Shown here piece by piece: positions 25,813-37,926 of a stretch of DNA of 64,000 nucleotides. The first letter of the stretch is position 1. Each line of letters opens with the position of its first letter. Origin of the DNA: Geosiphon pyriformis uo1 (lineage: Eukaryota; Fungi; Glomeromycota); assembly GCA_016748015.1 (NCBI GenBank), contig JAAOMT010000675.1:806001-870000 (forward strand). Direction: 5' to 3'. The notes under the pieces were generated by a model. The model did not search any database and had not been told where the DNA came from. It was given only the letters and a program-made list of their open reading frames with translations. The position numbers and the translations under genes are program-made.

Positions 25813-28497
25813 CTAGATGGTAAGTCTGGAGAGAGTGTTAGCATTTTGATGATTAGCTCCTTTGCAATGTTAAATATCATAGTCAAATTTATTCAAGTGG
25901 AGTATCCAGCGAGTTATCCATTTGTGTTCTAGCCTCTTTTTGTTGTGCAGCCAAACCAAAGCTTGGTAATCTGTTACCACCAAAAATCTCACACCAAGAA
26001 GATACTTACTCCAGTAACTGGTGGACCATACTACTGCTAAGTATTCTTGTTCAGTGACTGAATAGTTCTGTTCTGCTGGAGAAAGGGTTCTACTGGCATA
26101 GACTATGGCATGTTCTTTGCCATCTTCATCTTTCTGGGAGAGAACAGCACCAAGTCTAAAGCCAGATGCATCAGTGTGGAGAATAAAGGGTTGATCTAGA
26201 TCAGATTGCTTAAGGATGAGTTTTGTAACCAGTTTTTCTTTTAAAGTTTCAAAGGCTTTTTGCTGATGTGTTCCCCAATGGTAATTGACATTTTTCCTGA
26301 ATAGCTGATTAAGAGGAGAGGCGATTTTGGAGAAATCCTTGACAAATTTGCAATAATAAGAGACCAAACCAAGAAAAGAGCATAGTTCATAAATGTTTAT
26401 TGGTTGTTTGATGTTTTGGACTTTTTCAACTTTGGCTGGATCAAAAAAAATTCCATTTTTTGTGATAAGATGACCAAGGAACTGGATGGATTGTCTTCTA
26501 AAGAAAGATTTGATTGGGTTGATCTTGAGACCAGCATTTTTGAGGAGGTCAAAAACCTTTTACAAATGTTCCAGGTGTTCATTCCAGGTTTTTGAGTATA
26601 CTATTATGTCGTCTAAATAAACTAGAACAAAGTTTTTCTTAACTGATTCAAATACTTTATCCATTAAGCATTGAAAGGTAGAAGGAGCATTGGTGAGACC
26701 AAAAGGCATGACTGTGAATTCATAGATGTCATATTTGGTGATGAAAGCAGTTTTCTTTTTGCTTTCTGAATCTATCTCTATTTGCCAGAATTCAGCAGTT
26801 AAGTCAATAGTTGAGAAGAAAGCAGCATCTTTGAATTGATCTAACATTGCATCAATCTTGGGAAGTGGGTACATGTCTCTTTCAGTGATGGCATTTAATT
26901 GGCAGTAGTTGACACAAAAGCATAGTGTTCCACCTTTTTTGGATACCACTACAACTGGAAAAGCCCATTCACTCTTGGTTTCTTGTATGAATCCAAGTTC
27001 TTTCATCTGGTTTATCTCTTTCTTGATAAACTTATCATTGCACCAATTGGATTGATAAGACTTCAAATAGATGAGTCGAGTTTTTCTGGTAGTAATGATA
27101 TGTTGTATTACATGAATATGTTTAGGGATATCACCTTCTTTGGAGATAACTGGGCTATTTCTAGCCAGCAAATTTTCAATGTCTATTTTTCTTTCTTCTG
27201 GGAAGAGTTCTTTTTGTTCTACAGCCAGTGATTGGATCTCAGGTGGTTCATTCTCAAAAAACTTCTGTACTTTTTTCAATTTTTCTCTGGGTATCAAACT
27301 GATTGGTTCCCAATCTCTATAATAGATTAGGCATAATTTGCATTTATTGCTTGGAGAATATAAGGGTTTGTTGCAACAACACCAGGCACAAAGACCATGC
27401 CACCAAAAACTGTATTTGGCTTTCTTGCCAGATTTTCTTTCAAAGATTTTTCTAAGAATATCATAATAAGGCCAGCAGATCAGCTTGCCATTTATAATGA
27501 TTTCTTTTTTGTCTGCTTTAACATTGTCCAGTGGTTTGCCATTGCTGGTAAAAGTGGTATAGGCGAGTTCAGCAGTTTCTTCTTGCTCTTTTTGTTCTTC
27601 TTCTTTATCACTTTCTTCATTATCTGATTTATCTGATTGTTCTTCTTCTTGGTTTTGTTTGGGTACTAAGAGAGTTGTCCAATGGTGACACTTAACCACA
27701 ATGGGTTTCTCACTACATCTGATGGTTAATTCACAAAGTTCATAATCAAGCAAAGCTTTTGCTTTCTTGAACCATTCATTGTCAACAATGATGATGTATT
27801 TCTTGGCTTCAGAAACTTCTATGTCAGTTTTAATGCTGATTCCATTGATGCAGACAGGAACAGCTTTGGCAATACCCAGTCTTTTTTTTTTGTCACCATG
27901 TACATTGGTCATTGGTCTGATAGAAAGTTCATCAATCTTTCTACCAATTGCTTCCAAGAAGTGTTTGGCAATGACACTAACAAATGATCTACTGTCCAGA
28001 ATTAAGTCAATGAAGTATCTAGCCACTTGGGCTTTACAAATCAGAGGGATGACATTGCTGTTGTCAGCAAGTCCAACTTGGCGAAAGCACTTGTTGGTTT
28101 TTGGTATCTTCTTCTTTAGAATCAAGGATTTGTGAAGATCTTTTCTGAACTGTAGGTGGGTCATTAATTGGCCAAAGGTAATATGTGCTGGGGTTTCCAT
28201 GAGATCTTTGAAAATGGAATAGGGTCCAGATTTTTGTACAATTTCTGGGAGTTCCAACTTTGAAAAATTCTTAAAAACTTTAGCCTTTGGTGGCTCATTG
28301 TTATCAGCAGCAAAAGTTGAGGCTTTGTTGGGGTCTAGAACGAAATCAATCTTGGCTTTTTTCTTCTTTCTGGTTGGTTCTGAGATGTTGATTGCTAGTT
28401 CATCTATGTCATGGTCATCATCAGTTAAGTTAAAAGTGTAAAAAGAGTTTTCTTCTGATTGGCTTGCATTCTCACCCTTTGGAAGTACATCTACCAG
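25813..28497 (-). pseudogene. Pol (PR-RT-RNase H) of B
   Basis: 565-aa ORF with LILDS, MPFGLTNAP, YLDD; 165-aa ORF with LHTDASG and TDYQAL. Confidence 0.92.
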
Positions 28498-30040
28498 TTT
28501 AAAGGCTGATAAACAGTGGCTTCAACTAGGGGATCCTCTCCAAAGAAATTGATGTTGGCATGATTGGGTCTTTAATTGGAGACATTGTTGTTGTTGTTGG
28601 GTCTGTTGTTTTGGTTGTCATTGTTTCTGGAGGAGACAGTGAAAGATTGTTGCAATCTCTGGAGAAATGTCCAGTTAATCCACATCTATAACACATAAAA
28701 GGGCTATGATTTTGCTGTCTTTGGTAAGGGGGTTGCTGGGGCTGATTAAAATGGTTTTCAAATCTGGGTCTTTGTGGTTGCTGGTTATCTCTAACTGCTT
28801 GGGCTAATGGTTCTAATAGCTAAGCAAGATTTGCTGTAAGTTTATCTATTAATTGTTCATTTGGATCTTGTGTCTGGGCAGCAAAAGAAGTAGCGGCCAT
28901 TTAAGGAATAGGAGCAATAACAGGAACAGGAGCAAAAACTGGAAGTGTGAATCCCAAATGCATTTTTTAATTGTCTTCAATTCTTTGGGCGAGTTCAATG
29001 GCCATATCTATGGTGGGATTATTTTTTAAAGCCAAGAAAGACCAAAGAGCATATGATAAATCAGTTCTCAATCCTTTTGTGAAGGAGTAGATCTTTTGCT
29101 TTTCAGTCCAGTTTCTACCAGAGTCTACACACTTGATGAGTTTTCTGATTGCTTTGGCATATTTGGTCACAATTTCACCAGAACCTTGGGTTTTTTTTTC
29201 TAATTCCATATGCTATTTGGATATTAAAATGGGGGCTCTGAATTTGTTTTCAAACTGGGTAATGAAAAAGGTATTGTTTTCTCCAATATTTGCTGGGGTC
29301 CATCTAACAATTCTTTGTTGAACACCAGCATTGGTTTCTTGTAAAAACCAGGTAGCAGGGAAGCCTTGGGGATAGCCACCAATGATTTGGAATTTGTATT
29401 CATCATCATACTGGTTTGCAGTGACTGCTCTTTCAAAATTGTCCAACCATTCAATTGGATCTTGGGCATCACCTCTGAATAGGGGTAGTGGGGTGTTGTT
29501 TCTTTGTCCCAAAGCAGTTTGTATGCCTTGAAGGGCGGCCAGAATGTTTACTTGCATTGGATTTTGGGCTATTGATTCAGAAGTTACTGTTTGTGTGAAG
29601 TGCTCTGATTTACTTAAGAAGAAATCAAAAATAGGGGCTGTTTAGTAGCTTTCTTCTTCTGTTTCAAGAGGAGCTACTGTTGATTGATGGGCAACAATCC
29701 AAATGTGGATTTAATGATTCAGATATTCGAAATCAGAAGGCTGTTGTTCAAAGGTTGTAGAATATAAGAGCTGATTGATACTGTTGTTTTTTTCTTCAAA
29801 GTTGTCTTCAAAATAAGCTTGATCAAAGTAATAAGTTGTATAAGTTGTGTAGGTTTTAGCTGAATGTTCATTCAGGAACCAGTTCCAAAAGTTTTGGAAT
29901 TGTCTACTGGATTGTTCTTCAAGGGGGAAGCAAATCAAGCAGAATGACAAAGGATTGAGTTCAATAAAGTCTAAATTGTTTCTGTTGTGTGCTTCAAAGT
30001 GTTTTGCTGATTGTTATGATAGATATGAATAATTACCCAT
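28491..30040 (-). pseudogene. Gag of B
   Basis: ATG ~30040 (MGNYS); PLFRGDAQDPIEWL, FTKGLR, CYRCGLTGHFSRDC; ends 'VYQPLNW*' after a UUUAAAC site. Confidence 0.85.
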
Positions 30041-30092
30041 ACAATAAGGAAACAAGTGGATTTTAACAACCTTATAGGGAGCACCACTTTTA

Positions 30093-30784
30093 TGTTATAG
30101 GTTGGAGTAACAAGCTAATGGATAGCAAAGGAGAACAGAATTGTAAGGTAATGGAAATAATCAAAGGGGATTCAACTTTAATGAGCAAATTGAATGAGTA
30201 TGGATTCAATGTGCAAGATCAGTCTCATAAAATATTTCAGTCGCTATTCTTTTCAAAAGATAACAAGGAAATCTGAAGGTAGAGAGATAGTTCATACTGT
30301 CAACAATTGATCACTGCTAGTATTAATTCTATGCTTTCACATCAGTACTCTTAGAATTCAATATCAGATATCAACTTGTGCTCTTCAGTCACGTTTATAC
30401 AAATAGTTTTCAAATACTACAATTATTCAAATAAAAAAAGGCCAACAAGTAATCTTTTATCCTAAAATGTTCAGATACTTGAAGATAGAGAAAGGGAAAT
30501 TAGCGATAAGAGAGTGATTGAGATGAAAGTTGTTATTTTTATTTATTTGATTCTTGTCTGAGAGATGATTTTCTACAGCTAAGAGACTCATTGCTTATAT
30601 AGCTATTGAAAGTGGTCAATGACCAGGTCAACGACTAAGTTAATGATCAGATTAATGATTAGATCAATGATTAGATCATTAATCAGGTCAATGATTACTA
30701 TCTAAAAATAGAATGGCTAATTATATGACATTAGTGACTAATACATGTGATAACTAATAAAAATTATGGGTTTCAATTATAACA
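30093..30784 (-). repeat. 5' LTR of B (692 bp)
   Basis: Direct repeat of 23118-23773 plus three extra 12-bp units; PBS TGGTGCTCCCTATAAGG 6 nt inside. Confidence 0.95.
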
Positions 30785-30910
30785 ATACTATAAGAAAGGA
30801 AAAGACAACAGAAATGCCAACAGTTTGTCACAAATAAGACAAGTCTAAAAACATTTCAACCCAAAAATATAACAAAACCAGAACAATATCAATGAAAAAT
30901 ATAACTAAAA

Positions 30911-32292
30911 ATGAACATACAAAAATATCAACAACTTCAACATTATATAAACACTCAACAGTTCAAGGAGAATTTATCTCAAATGGAACAAAAAAGTATC
31001 AAACAACAATCAAAATATTTTATCACTCACCAAAATATACTTTATTGGAAAAATAGAAGAGATCTAGATCAACCAACCAGAGTAATTACAGAGCAAGAAA
31101 AAGAGACAATATTATTCAACATGCATTCAAATCCAACAGCAGGACACTTTCACAAAGAAGCAACCATGAAAAGAACCAGAAAAAGATACTATTGGCCATC
31201 AATGTATCCAGACATCATCCAATATGTTTAAAATTGTGATGCTTGTTAGCAAAGAGAAGGAACAAGACCCAGTGAACCATTAAGACCAATCAAAGTGGGA
31301 CAACTATTCAACCGTATTGGAATTGATTTAGTCAGACCATTAACAATCACCAACAGAAGAAACAGATACATAGTAGTAGCCATGAACTATCTCACTAAAT
31401 AGCCAGAGGTGAAAGCAATTTAAAGAGCAGATGCAGAATCCATTGCCAAATTTGTTCATTAGGATTTGATTTGTCAACATGGATGTCCAAAAGAATTATT
31501 ATCAGACCAAGGAATGCATTTTGTAAACAGAACATTAACAGAATTGAGCCAAAAATCGGAATTAAGAGACCATTATCATTACCATACCATCCACAAACCA
31601 ATGGATTAGTCAAAAGATTCAACAAAACATTGTGTGAAGCAATAACTAAGCTTAGCCAAGAAAACCAGAATGATTGGGATTTGTTGATACCATCAATATT
31701 ATTTGCTTATTGGACAATGAAGCAAGATACTATACAAACAACACCATTTGAATTAGTATATGATAGAACAGCAACACTACCAGTAAAAATAGAAGTCAGC
31801 ACATACCCAATCAAACCAATAACAGAAGAGAATTTCAAAAACACATTGTTAAGAAAAACATATGACTTAATGAAAACATTAGAAAACAAATGACAAAGAA
31901 CAGCTGATAACATACAAAGGTCACAAAAAAAACAAAAAGAAAGACATAATAACCAACTACCAGATAAACCAGTTAAATTCAAGATTGGAGACAAAGTACT
32001 ACTACATCGTACCAAAATAGAAAAACAATGGAATGGAAAATTTGATCCCAGATAGAACAAACCATTTCACATAGAAGAAATTCTAGAAAATAAAGCTTAC
32101 AAATTAAGATTGAATAACAAAATCTTGACCAAAGCAGCACATGGAGATCAACTAAAACCATACCACCATATAGCATCATCATCCACCAATAATATTCCAC
32201 AACTGAGAGTACAGAGAATATTAGTCCAACCAGATGAGATTCCACGAAATCTGCAACCAATCATCATCATTGATAACAACACATCCAATTGA
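30911..32292 (+). pseudogene. Integrase ORF of A (separate from pol)
   Basis: Own ATG (MNIQKYQQL); H-x5-H...C-x2-C; GIDLV, NYLTK*PE, PYHPQTNGLV; no chromodomain. Confidence 0.9.
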
Positions 32293-32316
32293 TCAACAGA
32301 AAGAATATATAAAGAC

Positions 32317-32974
32317 ATGGTCAACATGACAAAAAAACACAGAAAAATGGAAATTATTGACAACATCTATTCATTAGCACAACAAATCTTTCAATTAATC
32401 CAACACCAGAAGGTGGAAATTACAATTAATCAACAAACCATTTGATACAAAAATACTGCAAGGATACCACAACACAAAGTACAGAGAAAACTCAAAAATG
32501 TTGTTGACAAGATCATAACCAAGGTAAAATTGGTCATGAAAGAACAATGAATAGTCGGATTACACCAAGAACTTATTGGAGAAACTTGGACTTGGTAGAT
32601 GCAACAATTTCTGAAAAACTATTGTCATTTTCACTTGGGACAACACATAAATATCCAGAATTTGTACACCAACAAAACAAAATGGTTATTTGACACAACA
32701 ATACTGAGACAACTAAAACAATTTGTGGGAAAGAACAATCTAACCACACAAGCTCGAGCCATTTACCAGCTATATATGATTTCAAAACCAACCAAAAATC
32801 TTACTCAACACAGTAATAAATACAGTTATGAATAATCAATTGGGAAAAATGACCAATGCCCAATTTGAAGAACTACAAACTCAAATAACACAAGTAATAC
32901 TCGAAAAAGAAGTTCAAGAAATAATTTAAGAGAGAGAATTAAAAGAGTTAGATTTCAACAGAGCTCAATATTAA
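32317..32974 (+). pseudogene. ORF3 of A (unknown function)
   Basis: ATG 32317; homologous to ORF3 of C and D (CHFHLGQHINIQ...ARAIYQL...SIGKMTNAQFEEL...DFNRAQY*). Confidence 0.75.
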
Positions 32975-32987
32975 AAGGAGGGAATAA

Positions 32988-33866
32988 TGTTACTCATAAA
33001 ATATAGAAAGTATATTATTATTAGCAAGTAGATATTAGCCAATCAGAAGTAGACGTAGTAAATGTAAAATTCCAGGATTCCTCTCAGAGGAATTGCAGAA
33101 TTCCAGAAATTTCAGGATTCTCTAGTAAGGAATTGCAAGATTCCAGAATTCCAGGATTTCTCTCATCAGGAATCGCAAAATTCCAGAAATTCCAGGATTC
33201 CTGTCACAAAGAATTGAAAAATGGAGAAATCTCAAATATATATATATAACAGTAGTATTAGAAACAAAAAGGAGAAACAACACCAAGAATCCTTAGCTTA
33301 GTTACCACAATCCTCAATAAATAATTATTTATTATATCAAATTCATTCTTCACTATCAACATTTCATGTTGATATTAACTGACACTTAACCATACTGGAA
33401 CAATAATTCTTGATCACAGCTATTGATGGGATACTAACTTGCAAATTGCCTTGGCTTATTTCTTATTTTCTCTTTTATCTTTTCTTTATTTTCTTTGTTG
33501 TCTACTAACTTGATTAAAGAATTTATTTCTGGAAGACTTATGGAGGAATAAAACTTACTTAAACAATACTTACTCTTAAAAGACTTACAGAGAAACTGAC
33601 ATCAGGAAACAGCACTGATATACACTTATGAAGGATATCATACCAGAAGAATCATCAACCATCAAGCTGAGCAAGCAATTGACAAGACTATGGTTTTAGG
33701 AAACTACTGATAAACTGTTACTATTGAATCTCTGTCTATTATACAAAGAACTCAATTGGAAAACCTTCAGATAAAATACCTTCAGATTATCATCATTACT
33801 CATCACTTTGAGCACCAAGTTACGGGTTTGTTATTCACTTGACACCCCAAAGAATCACCTGTAACA
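32988..33866 (+). repeat. 3' LTR of A (879 bp)
   Basis: Preceded by PPT AAAAGGAGGGAATAA; followed by TSD GCAG. Confidence 0.95.
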
Positions 33867-33870
33867 GCAG

Positions 33871-36800
33871 CTTGGTTTTTACAGACTGGGGAAATCAACT
33901 CTCTCATTGCAAAAGCTGCTAACGGATTGTCTTTCATTATTCTTGGTGGTAACTTTAATGAAAATGGTTTGAAAAGAAGTGCTAGTTTTAAAAATTGTGT
34001 CAGTTTGGGACTGGTCAATACTTTGATGGATAGTTTGGTCATGAAGAGTCCCACATGGAGGAATTCAAGGAATGTAGAAAAACCAATTGATTTTGTATTT
34101 GTTTCGTCAAATTTGGTCAGTACAATAGTTGATCATGATGTTATAGACATTAATGATTACTTTGACACTGATCATCAAGCTGTTTCTGTATTTGTGGGTC
34201 TGGGCAGTTTGCTGAACACTCAGTTGAACTCTCTTCACAGGCAAACAAATAAGGATTGCTGGAAGTTTGATTTTAAAGGTGCTGATGATACAAAGTGAAG
34301 CGAGTTTAAAGAAGCTATGGCAGCCAATGCTGCCATGTTCTTTAATGGTTTTATCACTTCCGTATGATTCTTTGACTTGAACATGATGTGGAACACAATT
34401 TGCAAAATTATGATACTGTTAGCTAATAAAGTATTCAGAAAGAAATGGTCTAAGGGTTATGATAGTGTTTTTACCAAGGAAGCTTCTAAATTTTATAAGC
34501 TAGAGCTTTTAGTATTAAAAATTGCTAAGGCCTCTTATGAGGAAAATATTAATAAGTTTGTTCTTTTTATGGAATGCTGGGATTCTTTGGACAATGTTAA
34601 GGCTTTAATTGTACAGGAAATTGTGAACTTTGGTGTGGGTTTTAATTGTGTGCACTCAGTTTTTTTAGTATGTGAAAAACATATCATGCCTCCAAGCTTG
34701 CTGAGTCTTTGTGAACTGAAGAGTTGAAAATAAGATCAGCTGTTAATAGTCAAATGGAGAATTTTGTAATCAACAAAGGTAGCACAATCAGGAGTGTACT
34801 GGAATGCCCTTTTTGGAAAATGGTTTTAGACCATCTGGTAGTTGAGAATGAACTGATTCTGGAACCAAACCTAGTTAAGACCAAGGTTAACACAATTATA
34901 GAAGGCTGAACCAGAAAGCATAATATGGTGGAGAATTTTTCTGATGATTGGTTGTATCAATATTAGTCTTTAGAGTATGTTGTTAATGACACTTTTTCAA
35001 ACATAATATGTTTGGTTAATTTTGATGAGCTACTTGGAGTGGTTTCTAATCTGCCTAATGGCAAAGCTGCTGGTTTTTCTGAAGTGTCAAATGAGCTTTG
35101 GAAGCATTGTGACAAATCAGTCTTGGACATGTTTTTGGTGCTTTTAAACTTCTGTTTGTCTTTTAAGTCAGTGCTTGGTACTTGGAAAGAAGCTTGGGTC
35201 TTAATGATTCCTAAACCATATGAATGGGAAAAAGTTCTTACAAACACCCAACCTATTGCTTTGATTGAGACTGCCCACAAAATTCTTTTCTAGATTCTTT
35301 CAGACAAGATTTCTTTGGTATGCAGCTCTTTTAATATCTTACATGGGAACAATTTCTTAGTTTTTAAGGGTATAACAATGCAATCTCCTATTTTTGCCAT
35401 TGGTTCTGTTATTGAGGATGCTTTGGAAAAGAACCATGAACTCTAATTAGTCTTGTAGAATATGTGAAAAGCCTACGACTTTGTTGGATGGGAGCATCTT
35501 AAGAACAGTTTGGTCAGAATAAAGATGTGTGACAAGTTCATTAGATTTTTTGGTGGCATTCACAATGGTCATGTTAATAAAGTAATAACAGATTTTGGTT
35601 TGACAGATAGATATCAAGTACATGATGATTTGGATCAGGGGGAAGTGTTCTTACCACTTCTTTGGCATATATTTTATGATCCTCTTTTGTGTGAAGTCAA
35701 AAGACAGGAAAGCATATATGGATATAAGATAAACTCTCATTTTGTTGCCAGGACTGGTCATTTGGAATCTTAGACTGGATTAACGTCTTTTCTTGTTGCT
35801 AGTGCTTTTGTTGATAACACAATCTGAATTGGTAGTAGCCAAACTGCAACCCAACATATTCTTGATGTTGCTAGTGAATTTTTTCAAATCAATGACATTT
35901 CTATTAACAATGACAAGACAGTGACAATTCTTATTAATTGCAAAGTGGCATGTCCTAATTTTTCTATTAGTGGTTCACCTATTTCTATTGCCAAAAAAAG
36001 AGAGTCTCATCACTACCTGGGAATTTTTTTGTTGACTGAGAGTTTTTCAAGGCCTAGTCTGGCTAAGACAGATGCTGATGTCAAATTTTTTGCCAATCTG
36101 GTTCTAAGGAAGACTATTTTTAATAAGCAGTTTTCGTATCTTGTGTCAACAGTTCTCCACCCCATTGTTAGCTACAGAACACAATTCAGTTTTGTTCCTA
36201 TCAGTATGTGTAATAAGTGGGATTTTTTGATTTGCAGGGGCTTAAAGCTGAAGTCTGGTCTATCTTTTAATTTTTCCAATAACACGCTTTGTCATCCCTC
36301 ATTGTATGGCTTAAAAACTTTTGAGCAAGTCCAAGCTGAAAGCAAAGTTGCTTCTATTATGTATTTTGCAAACTCTGTTGGAATTTTGGATTGTTTGTTT
36401 TTACACAGGTCCCATGACTTGCAGGTTCTGTTTTGGAGCCCACTTCACTCTTTGGCATTCCCAGTTTGTATTAAAGTCAGTGCTTCTAATAATTTTTTGG
36501 CAGATGTGATTTGTATTTTTCTTGGGTGTGGTCTGTTTTTGAGTGGTTAAGTGAATAATTCTTTCCATTTTCATGGTGGTACTCTCATGTCATCTGTTCT
36601 TGGCAGGTCTGATTACTTTGGATTTCTTCCATTCTTTCAAAGATATGGTATTGCTTTTGTTAAACAGCTTTGCTGTAAGAATAGAGCTGTTTTTAATTGG
36701 AAAACATTCAAGCATTAAAAAAGGCTGGACTTACATGGCCCTGTTTTTGAATGGTTTAGGCTTTCTATTGACTTTCTTGATAGTATAGCTTCTTTCCCTG

Positions 36801-37055
36801 CCCAATTTTTGCTTGTAATTGGTACTGAGCATTTGGATATTTTGAAATCTAGTGAGTTTGGACTGATTTATAATTGGTTGCTAGATCTTAAGACTGACAG
36901 CCTTTCTGTTTATACAGATGGATCTCTGAAGGGATTAGGGAGTGTTAACATGAGAGCTGGTGCTGTAGTTTTTTTTGAAGATATAAGCTTGGGTCTGAGG
37001 GTCAGAATTTTTGGTTTGATGTCTTCTACTTTGGCTAAATTGCAGGTCATCATGT
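33871..37055 (+). pseudogene. LINE ORF2 segment 2 (endonuclease C-half, RT, start of RNase H)
   Basis: ILGGNFN, TDHQAV, GKAAG, IPKP, QGEVFLPLLW, AFVDNT (FVDD-type), HYLG, VYTDGS. Confidence 0.9.
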
Positions 37056-37845
37056 TGTTACAGTTCAAAAATTTAATAGGAATTATAAATAATATAAATT
37101 AGCCAATCATGAAATAGCACAGCAACAATTTATAAAAAGAAATGATTTACAAATAACAGCAAGCACTATTTTACAATAGCATCAAGCACTATTATGCAAT
37201 AGCAGCAAGCACTATTTAAAAATAACGGAAATAGAGTATTACAAGATATTATTTTGTAAAACAATAATTATATATATATACAATAGTTTTTAATAATGAA
37301 AAAAGACAAGCTTCAACAAGAAGCAACAAATATCTAAATAAAATCTTATTTAAAAAGAATTAATAAAAAAAATTAAATGAACATCACAATTGCAAGATTA
37401 ACAATAGAATTCACATACCTTCTCTAGCAAATAAAACTATCATTCTATTTTTAAACCCTTTGGAAGAATAATTCCTGATCAAAATTATTCATGTGGTTAC
37501 TAATTAAATTGAAAGAAACTTTATTATATACTTAGGGAAATTGCAAAAAGGCTATTAATATTCTGTGTTTTTAGATTAGAGAAACACATCAGACAATTGC
37601 AAGAATAGCTTCAGAGAAGACTCCAAAACAGTGGGTAGATTTCAAATTAGTCTCTGAAAAGGAGTACAAAACATACAAAGACAACTAGAATTAAAAAGAA
37701 AACTTACATCACAACATTAAGAGAAAACCTTTAGTATATTATCATTAATATCCAACACATAAAATAGAGGAACTCACAAAAGACTGATTGCAATTAAAAT
37801 GGGAGATCAACAATTAAAATATACCAAAAAAACCATCCTGTAACA
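37056..37845 (+). repeat. 5' LTR of C
   Basis: TGTTACA...TGTAACA; CCAAT box; three CAAGCACTAT units; (TA)n TATA region. Confidence 0.95.
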
Positions 37846-37926
37846 TTTGGTAAACCCTACGAGAAAAGAAAATCAAAAAAAAATAATAATTAACAATAAT
37901 TTATTGCTAAAAAGGAAGAAACAAAA

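Larger units (their letters stand above)
23118..30784 (-). mobile_element. Full-length Ty3/Gypsy element 'B' (7.67 kb), no dUTPase, inserted in the RNase H of A
   Basis: LTRs 23118-23773 and 30093-30784; TSD ATAC (23114-23117 / 30785-30788); PBS 30070-30086; PPT next to 23774; A's RNase H resumes in frame after it. Confidence 0.96.
15943..33866 (+). mobile_element. Full-length Ty3/Gypsy element 'A' (~10.25 kb without B)
   Basis: Paired LTRs TGTTAC...GTAACA; TSD GCAG (15939-15942 / 33867-33870); PBS 16856; PPT 32973-32987; gag-pol, IN and ORF3. Confidence 0.96.

Noticed and set aside
30020-30040. Gag N-myristoylation (MG start in B)
   Set aside because: No Ser/Thr at position 6, and copy E suggests Asp at position 3; unsupported.
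32317-32974. ORF3 as retroviral env
   Set aside because: Too short, with no evident signal peptide, furin site/fusion peptide or transmembrane anchor.
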